NCBI GenBank assembly: GCA_966211685.1 | Contig: CBIHOX010000011.1 | Location: 7,649 to 71,648, forward strand | Length of the DNA stretch: 64,000 nucleotides | Reading direction: 5' to 3' | Origin: an uncultured Pseudoduganella sp. | Lineage (GTDB): Bacteria > Pseudomonadota > Gammaproteobacteria > Burkholderiales > Burkholderiaceae_D | Part shown: positions 57,604-64,000 of the stretch, piece after piece | How the letters are laid out: every line of letters starts with the position of its first letter | How positions within the stretch are numbered: position 1 is the stretch's first letter | Notes under the pieces: generated by a model | Databases searched by the model: none | Seen by the model: the letters and a program-made list of their open reading frames with translations, nothing else | Told to the model about the DNA's origin: nothing | Translations under genes and position numbers: made by a program

Positions 57604-57788
57604 TGGAGTCCGTCAACATGGCACCCGACAACGACCCGCGCCCCGAGCCGCCCGAAGCGCCACAGCCCGGCGATTGCTGCCACAGCGGCTGCGCCTATTG
57701 CGTCGAGGACTTATATACCGAAGCGCTGCACAAATACCGCGAAGAGTTGCAGGCGTGGCTGGCGCGGCATCCGGACGCGGAGCAGTGA
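57603..57788 (+). CDS. Small oxidoreductase-like domain protein (CCxSGCxxCV)
   Basis: PEPPEAPQPGDCCHSGCAYCVEDLY...Y; TGATG overlap with the methyltransferase stop. Confidence 0.75.
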   Translation: MESVNMAPDNDPRPEPPEAPQPGDCCHSGCAYCVEDLYTEALHKYREELQAWLARHPDAEQ

Positions 57789-57886
57789 GCTGGCGGCGGG
57801 CTGGATCACCGCCGATCCGGCCTGCGCCGTCAACTTGCTGTAAACCGGCCCGATCAGCAGGAATTTCGGGTCGCCCCCTTTCGCGG

Positions 57887-58285
57887 TTATCTGACTTCGG
57901 CCAGCAATTCAGGGTGGTGATCCAACACCTTCAGCAGCTTTACCAAGGCAACTGGCGGCTTCGTTTTGCCGCTTTCATATCGGACAAAGGCATTGGCGCC
58001 GCCGCCGAAGATGGCTGATGCCTGTTTCTTGTCCAGGCGCAGCTTGGTGCGCACCCTGGTGATGTATGCCGGGTCCACCAGTCCCGCATTGACTGTGCGC
58101 TGGAATTCCCCGACCGACTCGCTGTAACGGTCCACCGCGTCACGGTCCAGCGTCACCTCGCCGCAAGCGGCGCAGTGATAACCGGACACAGCCGGGATGG
58201 TGGTGGTTTGGCCTTTGTAAGTGTAGGGCACGCCACGGATGTCATGCACCGGGGACGATGCCCCGCATTCGGGGCAATTCTTCAT
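57887..58285 (-). CDS. mqsA: MqsA-family antitoxin (Zn ribbon plus HTH)
   Basis: MKNCPECG...YHCAACGE, RTKLRLDKKQASAIFGGGANAFVRYESGKTKP. Confidence 0.92.
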   Translation of the reverse strand: MKNCPECGASSPVHDIRGVPYTYKGQTTTIPAVSGYHCAACGEVTLDRDAVDRYSESVGEFQRTVNAGLVDPAYITRVRTKLRLDKKQASAIFGGGANAFVRYESGKTKPPVALVKLLKVLDHHPELLAEVR

Positions 58286-58286
58286 G

Positions 58287-58588
58287 TCACAACTCCTTAA
58301 ACGAAACAATCAGCACATCATCGATCACGGTCAGCTTGATATAAAGCGATACGCCTTCCGCTGTCTTACCGTGATACACGTCCTGCCATATCCGATGATC
58401 CGCGTGCGTAGTCATGCTCTTGTGGAATCCGCCGTGGTCAGAGATAGCACCACGTCACACATCCCTCGCAATGTGTTGATGCCGACTGCGCGGGCGCTGG
58501 CGATTGCACTGCCAGTGGCGCTAACACGGTCGGCTTTAATCATTTTCCTGACGGCAGCCAGTTTGCAATGTGGAGTGTGCTTTTCCAT
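58287..58588 (-). pseudogene. mqsR: MqsR mRNA interferase toxin, frameshifted by a 1-nt deletion
   Basis: First frame reads MEKHTPHCKLAAVRKMIKAD...GMCDVVLSLTTAD then STRA* (stop 58412). The shifted frame continues FHKSMTTHADHRIWQDVYHGKTAEGVSLYIKLTVIDDVLIVSFKEL*. The span is 302 nt, one short of a 100-codon gene plus stop. Confidence 0.88.
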
Positions 58589-58615
58589 GAGCCATTATAC
58601 CCAAATAGGTTGATA

Positions 58616-58632
58616 ACAACCCATTAGGTTGT
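58616..58632. promoter_or_regulatory. MqsA-type operator palindrome in the mqsRA promoter
   Basis: ACAACC-catta-GGTTGT resembles the E. coli MqsA site AACCT-N3-AGGTT; TATAAT on the minus strand at 58598-58593. Confidence 0.6.
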
Positions 58633-58789
58633 TTTAGGCTTATTAATTGCATACGCATGGCATGTGGCGCGGCGCCTGGCTGCGGTCATCTTGAAACACC
58701 CCAAGCTGGCCGAGGAATATGACGCAGTGGCAGTCGGAATACATATGCCCCTGCACAAGGCAGGACTGCCACTGGTCTGCGGTGAAGCC

Positions 58790-60520
58790 CTAGAACTCTT
58801 CCCACTCATCGCCCGCCGGCGCATTGGCGCGCTTGCGCGGCTGCGGCGGCGTGGCTGCCTGCGCGGCAGGCTTCGGCGCGGGCTTGGCCAGCGCCACGGC
58901 CCGCGCCGGCGTCCTGGCGGGCGCCGCGACTTTCGGCGCAGGCGCCTGCGCCACGCCGAGCGCCATGGCGCCGGCATCGAGCTTGAAGGCGCTGACCACC
59001 TGGCTCAGGTGCGCGGCCTGTTCCATCATGGCTTCGGCCGCGGCGGCGGCCTGTTCCACCAGCGCCGCGTTTTGCTGCGTCGACTGGTCCATGTGCGTGA
59101 TGGCTTCATTGACTTGCGCAATGCCGCCGCTTTGTTCCTGGCTGGCCGCCGTGATTTCCGACATGATGTCGGTGACGCGCGTGATGCTGGCCACGATTTC
59201 ATTCATCGTGGCCCCGGCTTCATCGACGAGTTTCGAACCGGCTTCGACCTTGTCGACGGAATCGCCGATCAGGGTCTTGATGTCTTTCGCGGCGGCCGCC
59301 GAACGCTGCGCCAGCGAGCGCACTTCGGACGCCACCACGGCAAAACCGCGGCCCTGTTCGCCCGCACGGGCCGCTTCCACTGCCGCGTTCAAGGCCAGGA
59401 TATTGGTCTGGAACGCAATGCCGTCGATGACGGCAATGATGTCGACGATCTTGCGCGACGATTCATTGATGGACGCCATCGTGCCCACCACCTGGCTGAC
59501 CACGTCGCCGCCCTTGACGGCAATGCCGGACGCCGATTGCGCCAGCTGGTTGGCCTGGCGCGCATTGTCCGCGTTTTGCTTGACGGTGGACGTCAACTGT
59601 TCCATCGACGACGCGGTTTCCTCGAGCGAGCCGGCCTGTTGTTCAGTGCGGGCCGACAAGTCCTGGTTGCCCGAGGCGATTTGCGTGGAGGCGGTGGCGA
59701 TGGTGTCGGTGCCGCTGCGCACTTGCGCCACCAGCGATTGCAGGCTGGCCAGCATTTCCTTCAGCGCCTGCATCAAGTCACCGGTTTCACACTGGCTCTT
59801 GACGTCGATGGCCACCGTCAAGTCGCCGGACGCCACCTTGCGCGCCACCGTGACGGCTTCCTGCAGCGGGCGCGACACGATGCGGGCCAGCCACAATTGC
59901 ATGATGATCCCGATGACCATGTTGGCCGCCACCAGCGCGCCGATCGACCACATGGACTTGCTGAAGACGCCGCCCGCCTCCTTGTTGGCGGCCTCGCCGC
60001 CGGCCACGTTCAGCTGGACCAGCTTGTCCAGCGCATCGGTGACTTGCAGCAGCTTTTGCGTGGACGCGCCCGTCGCCAGCGTGCGCGCGTCATCCTTGGC
60101 GCCCTGGCGCGACAGCGCCACCAGCTTGTCATGCTCCACCATGAATTCCTGCCACGCCTTCTTGAACTGGTCATACCGCGCCTGTTCCTCCGGGTTGGAA
60201 ATCAGCTTGGTGTAATTGACGATATCCTGCTGTAAATCAGCCTGCGTGGCGGTCATGCGCTTTTCATATTCCGCATAGGCCGCATCGGTATTGGCGATCA
60301 TGTGCGCCAGTTCCCAGCGCCTGAAATCGCCCACGTTGGTGCGCATGTCCATGGCCGACTGCACGCTGGGCATCCAGTCGGTGGCCTGTTCTTCCGAGGA
60401 GTCATGGATGCGGCTCATGGCCATGATGGCATTGATGCCGAGGAACAGGGTGAGCAATTGCACAACCCCGAAGGTGAGATTAAGCTTCCTTGCAATCCGC
60501 AAGTTGTAGAACCACTTCAT
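58790..60520 (-). CDS. Methyl-accepting chemotaxis protein (4HB sensor, HAMP, signalling domain)
   Basis: Two TMs, [45 protein letters not shown]-terminal pentapeptide EWEEF. Confidence 0.95.
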   Translation of the reverse strand: MKWFYNLRIARKLNLTFGVVQLLTLFLGINAIMAMSRIHDSSEEQATDWMPSVQSAMDMRTNVGDFRRWELAHMIANTDAAYAEYEKRMTATQADLQQDIVNYTKLISNPEEQARYDQFKKAWQEFMVEHDKLVALSRQGAKDDARTLATGASTQKLLQVTDALDKLVQLNVAGGEAANKEAGGVFSKSMWSIGALVAANMVIGIIMQLWLARIVSRPLQEAVTVARKVASGDLTVAIDVKSQCETGDLMQALKEMLASLQSLVAQVRSGTDTIATASTQIASGNQDLSARTEQQAGSLEETASSMEQLTSTVKQNADNARQANQLAQSASGIAVKGGDVVSQVVGTMASINESSRKIVDIIAVIDGIAFQTNILALNAAVEAARAGEQGRGFAVVASEVRSLAQRSAAAAKDIKTLIGDSVDKVEAGSKLVDEAGATMNEIVASITRVTDIMSEITAASQEQSGGIAQVNEAITHMDQSTQQNAALVEQAAAAAEAMMEQAAHLSQVVSAFKLDAGAMALGVAQAPAPKVAAPARTPARAVALAKPAPKPAAQAATPPQPRKRANAPAGDEWEEF

Positions 60521-60659
60521 AATCTCTCCTTGTCGTGTGGATGAGTATGCTGAACGGCAACTACAGGCTTACATCATGGGCCACGGTGTTGGACAAAGCA
60601 AGACCGCCGGCGCAACAATGTTCGGGTCTTAACGGACGGGTTAAGCGGGCTCTTCTAGC

Positions 60660-61961
60660 ATGACTGACATGGACATGACACCACCCCACAAATCCGCCAC
60701 ACCCGGCTCCCAGCATGGTTCATGGACCAGCAAGCTGGGGCCCGGCCTGGTGGCCGGCGCGGCCGATGACGATCCCAGCGGGATCGCCACTTATTCGCAG
60801 GCGGGCGCCCAGTTCGGCTTCGGCATGTTGTGGACGGTCTTGCTGACCTACCCGCTGATGGTCGGCATCCAGATGACCAGCGCCCGCATCGGCCGCGTCA
60901 CGGGGCGCGGGCTGGCGTCGAACATCCGCCGCCATTACCCGGCGCCATTGCTGTACCTGCTGGTCTTGCTGCTGGTAGTGGCCAACACCATCAATATCGC
61001 GGCCGATATCGCGGCCATGGGCCAGGCCGTGCAATTGCTCGCCGGCGGTCCCGCGCCCGTGTATGCGGCGGGCTTCGGCCTGCTGTCGCTGGCGCTGCAG
61101 ATTTTCATTCCATACCAGCGCTACGTGCGTTTGCTCAAGTGGCTGACCCTGGCGCTGATGGCGTACGTGGCCACGGTGCTGGTGGTGCGCGTGCCATGGC
61201 TGCACGTGCTGCGTGAAACAGTGCTGCCGCAAATCCAATGGACACCCACCTGGCTGACCACGGTGGTGGCGGTGCTGGGCACCACCATCAGCCCGTATAT
61301 GTTCTTCTGGCAATCGTCGCAGGAAGTCGAGGAATTGCGCGCCAACCCGGAAGCGCAAGCGCTGAAACGCGCGCCGTACCAGGCCGAGGAAGAATACCGC
61401 CGCATCAAGCTTGACACGCTGACCGGCATGGGCTTTTCCAACCTGGTGGCGTTTTGCATCATGCTGACCACCGCCATCACGCTCCATGCGCATGGGGTGA
61501 AGGACATCGCCACGTCGGCGCAGGCCGCCTCGGCATTGCGCCCGGTGGCGGGCGAATTCGCCTTCATCCTGTTCACGGTCGGCATCGTCGGCACCGGCTT
61601 GCTGGCCATTCCGGTACTCGCCGGTTCCGCGGCGTATGCGGTGGCGGGCACGTTCCAGTGGCGTAACAGCCTGGAACTGGCGCCGTCTGCGGCCCGCAAG
61701 TTCTACGGCATCATTGCCGGCTCCACGCTGGCCGGCGTGGCGCTGGGCTTTGCCCACTTCGATCCGATCCAGGCGCTGTACTGGAGCGCCGTCATCAATG
61801 GCGTCATCGCGGTGCCGGTGATGGCGGTCATGATGCACCTGGGCGGCCTGCGCTCGGTCATGGGCCAGCAAACGCTGCCCGGGTGGTTGAAGGCGCTGGG
61901 CTGGACGTGCACGGGCGCGATGGCGGCCGCTGTTGCAGCGATGTTCGTGACGGCGGCCTGA
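60660..61961 (+). CDS. NRAMP-family divalent metal transporter-like protein
   Basis: LGPGLVAGAADDDPSGIATYSQAGA, GTTISPY; about 11 TMs. Confidence 0.88.
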   Translation: MTDMDMTPPHKSATPGSQHGSWTSKLGPGLVAGAADDDPSGIATYSQAGAQFGFGMLWTVLLTYPLMVGIQMTSARIGRVTGRGLASNIRRHYPAPLLYLLVLLLVVANTINIAADIAAMGQAVQLLAGGPAPVYAAGFGLLSLALQIFIPYQRYVRLLKWLTLALMAYVATVLVVRVPWLHVLRETVLPQIQWTPTWLTTVVAVLGTTISPYMFFWQSSQEVEELRANPEAQALKRAPYQAEEEYRRIKLDTLTGMGFSNLVAFCIMLTTAITLHAHGVKDIATSAQAASALRPVAGEFAFILFTVGIVGTGLLAIPVLAGSAAYAVAGTFQWRNSLELAPSAARKFYGIIAGSTLAGVALGFAHFDPIQALYWSAVINGVIAVPVMAVMMHLGGLRSVMGQQTLPGWLKALGWTCTGAMAAAVAAMFVTAA

Positions 61962-61999
61962 CGATTGCCGCGGCGCGGACGCTCCGGTAAGCTGGAGCG

Positions 62000-62338
62000 A
62001 TGCGCTTCTCTTCGATCCTTGCCACTGCCATCCGCGCCGCCGCGCTGGCCGCCATTGCCGCCCCATTGGCGCTGCTGCCTGCCGCCGGCGCATGGGCCGA
62101 CCGCCCCATTCCGCCGCACGCCAAGCGCGGCACGATGACGCCCGCTTACCACCCCGACATCCTCATCGACGGCAAGCCGCGCCGCCTGGCGCCTTCGGCC
62201 CGCATCTTCAACCAGGACAACCTGATCGAATTGCCGGCCAGCCTGCGCGGCGCCGATATCGTGGTGAAGTATGAGGAAGACCGCGACGGATTGATCGTCA
62301 ACGTCTGGATCCTGACGCCCGAAGAAGCCCGCCGCTGA
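62000..62338 (+). CDS. Exported hypothetical protein
   Basis: Ala-rich signal peptide (AWA-D), then RPIPPHAKRG...IDGKPRRLAPSARIFNQDN...VWILTPEEA. Confidence 0.7.
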   Translation: MRFSSILATAIRAAALAAIAAPLALLPAAGAWADRPIPPHAKRGTMTPAYHPDILIDGKPRRLAPSARIFNQDNLIELPASLRGADIVVKYEEDRDGLIVNVWILTPEEARR

Positions 62339-62412
62339 GCTTGCAATGTCACACCCTGGGGTCAGGCACCACAGTGTGACATGCGGTGCGTGGCGGACTT
62401 TGGTGGCTTGCG

Positions 62413-63312
62413 TTACAGGAAGATGATGGCTGCCGCCAGGCCGATGATCAGGCCGAATTTCGTGATCTTGTACACGGTCTTGTTCCACGCCTTGAAACGG
62501 CGGCGGTACTGGCCCATGTAAAACGAAATCTTGAACAGTTTCGATACCAGCCCGGTCTGGTCGCCGGTTTCATTGGGCGAACTGGCCGCCGTCATCATGG
62601 TGCGGCCCAGGAAGCGGTTGATGGCTTGCGCCCAGCCGAAACGCATCGGGCGTTCGACGTCGCAGAACAGGATGATGCGGTCGCTTTCGCTGCCATTGAT
62701 GGCCCAGTGGATATACGTTTCATCGAACATCACGCCCTGGCCGTCGCGCCAGCTGTGGCGCTCGCCATCGACGTCGATGAAGCAGCGGTCATCGTTGGGC
62801 GTGGCCAGTCCCAGGTGGTAGCGCAGCGAACCGGCAAACGGGTCGCGGTGTGGATTCAATTTGCCGCCGGGCGGCAGTTCGGCAAACATGGCGGCCTTGA
62901 CCGACGGGATGGCTTTCAACAGCGCATAGGTTTGCGGGCACAGTTGCGCGGCCGATGGATGGCTGGCGTCATACCACTTCAAGTAAAAGCGCTTCCAGCC
63001 ATTCTTGAAGAAGGAATTGAAGCCGGCGTCGTCGTTCTGTTCCGCCGCCTTGATTTTTTGCATGTCGCGCAGCGCTTCGGCTTCGGCGCGGATCACTTGC
63101 CAGTTCTGTTGCAGCGGTTCCAGTTCCTTGAACTGGTCCAGCGGCAAGTAGGGCTTGGACGGCACGCGTGAAAACGTGTGCATGAACCAGTTGATCGGCG
63201 CCATGAATGACGAGTGGTCGAACAATTGCCGCATGAACGGCAAACGCACCCGGCCACGGAAGTGAATATGGAAAACAGACAACAGGTAAATCGACACCAG
63301 CACCAGCTTCAT
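62413..63312 (-). CDS. lpxO: Lipid A hydroxylase LpxO (Asp/Asn beta-hydroxylase family)
   Basis: HFRGRVRLPF.RQLFDHS, GWKRFYLKWY, PHRDPFAGSLRYHLGL, FDETYIH; N- and C-terminal TMs. Confidence 0.9.
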   Translation of the reverse strand: MKLVLVSIYLLSVFHIHFRGRVRLPFMRQLFDHSSFMAPINWFMHTFSRVPSKPYLPLDQFKELEPLQQNWQVIRAEAEALRDMQKIKAAEQNDDAGFNSFFKNGWKRFYLKWYDASHPSAAQLCPQTYALLKAIPSVKAAMFAELPPGGKLNPHRDPFAGSLRYHLGLATPNDDRCFIDVDGERHSWRDGQGVMFDETYIHWAINGSESDRIILFCDVERPMRFGWAQAINRFLGRTMMTAASSPNETGDQTGLVSKLFKISFYMGQYRRRFKAWNKTVYKITKFGLIIGLAAAIIFL

Positions 63313-63478
63313 GGAGCCTCCAGCATTTGAGCAATCGGTAATGATACCGCCAAATGCCCGCCATCGCGTAATTGCACGGCGCTGGCGATATCAACAAGGC
63401 AAGATGCTCAGGGGCTGGCGCAGTCCCGGTCATTGCACGCGGCAATGACCGGGCGGGAATGCTGCCGGAGCGGGCTCG

Positions 63479-63583
63479 TCACCAGGGGACGAACATCAGC
63501 AGCATGGCAACAACCAGTAACACGATCAGGACAGTCACAAGGTGGCGGCCGCGGCGCGGCTGTATGCCTCCAGGAAGTCGCAT
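63479..63583 (-). CDS. Candidate 34-aa single-pass membrane microprotein
   Basis: GGAGG 5 nt before ATG; MRLPGGIQPRRGRHLVTVLIVLLVVAMLLMFVPW. Confidence 0.4.
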   Translation of the reverse strand: MRLPGGIQPRRGRHLVTVLIVLLVVAMLLMFVPW

Positions 63584-63904
63584 GGTGGCCTCCAAAGGTT
63601 GGTATCGATGAGGCCAGTCTAGAGCCGGTACGCAACTTTGTATGTTCTGTGGCGCACATGGAGCGGCACGCCGCTCATCCTCGCGGTTGCCGGGGATGCT
63701 CTCCTTCAATTCAAAAATATGTCGACTGTTGGTAAAAAACATACATCCCGGCCGTGATCGCCGCCAATAGAATCAAGCGCAACGCGGCGCTGATGTCCGC
63801 CAGGCCCGTCACCGATCCTGCTTCCAGTCGCGCCGCAATCCCAGACCAGACCCACGCGGCAGGCCTCCCTCACGGCAACCGCGTGCATCCAACAAGGAGA
63901 AGAC

Positions 63905-64000
63905 ATGAGACACCTATGGACCGCCCTGCTTTTCACCGCGCTCGTCGCTTGCGGAGGTGGGACCGCCGCCACCGGCACTTCCACACCCGTATTGACATCT
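63905..64000 (+). CDS. Lipoprotein, 5' fragment
   Basis: AAGGAG RBS, MRHLWTALLFTALVAC-GGG lipobox; runs off the right edge. Confidence 0.7.
   Translation, partial: MRHLWTALLFTALVACGGGTAATGTSTPVLTS

Noticed and set aside
58412-58430. Programmed ribosomal frameshift in mqsR
   Set aside because: No slippery heptamer or obvious stimulatory structure at the shift point; simple deletion or sequencing error is more parsimonious.
58239-58613. 124-aa plus-strand ORF over the mqsR region
   Set aside because: Antisense to the frameshifted mqsR, whose two halves match MqsR clearly.
57800-58700. Prophage or IS boundary around the lower-GC mqsRA module
   Set aside because: No integrase, transposase, terminal inverted repeats, target duplication or tRNA could be identified.
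62346-62382. ATGTCACAC-N19-GTGTGACAT inverted repeat containing CRP half-sites
   Set aside because: Half-sites are in the wrong order and spacing, and the site lies between convergent genes; more likely a terminator or repeat hairpin.
1-64000. rRNA, tRNA or riboswitch genes
   Set aside because: None recognisable by eye in the intergenic regions; a covariance-model search would be needed to exclude small RNAs.

Overview
High-GC betaproteobacterial chromosome segment (Oxalobacteraceae-like by gene content and repeat style; this is an inference). Most of the window is one cell-envelope island. From left to right it holds: (1) the 5' part of a PrtD-family type I secretion ABC transporter; (2) five paralogous serralysin-like Zn-proteases, each ending in a DUF4214-type domain and carrying 4, 5, 1, 0 and 6 copies of a ~115-aa repeat; (3) a GT4 glycosyltransferase and a SapC-family gene; (4) a 2440-aa, strongly codon-biased S-layer-like protein whose N-terminal domain is homologous to the protease C-termini and is followed by a ~490-aa Ala-rich stalk; (5) a FecR-domain protein divergent from a CHASE2 adenylate cyclase / TPR-beta-barrel / VanZ-like / Crp operon; (6) a Wzm-Wzt polysaccharide cluster with an FkbM-coiled-coil terminator, a 1506-aa glycosyltransferase, a GtrABC-like modification set and acyltransferases. 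The right end has rhlE, a further acyltransferase and methyltransferase, mqsA with a frameshifted mqsR, an MCP, an NRAMP-type transporter and lpxO. The strongest candidate system is a local cAMP-Crp relay wired to this envelope machinery. Perfect TGTGA-N6-TCACA boxes lie upstream of the S-layer gene (29030-29045) and the T1SS gene (1394-1409), and a 9/10 box lies upstream of the FecR gene (30968-30983). All three sit at class II promoter spacing, and the local Crp has the RETVTR recognition helix. The probable output is an S-layer plus a set of surface-tethered proteases of graded lengths. All family assignments come from motifs read by eye; no database search was run.
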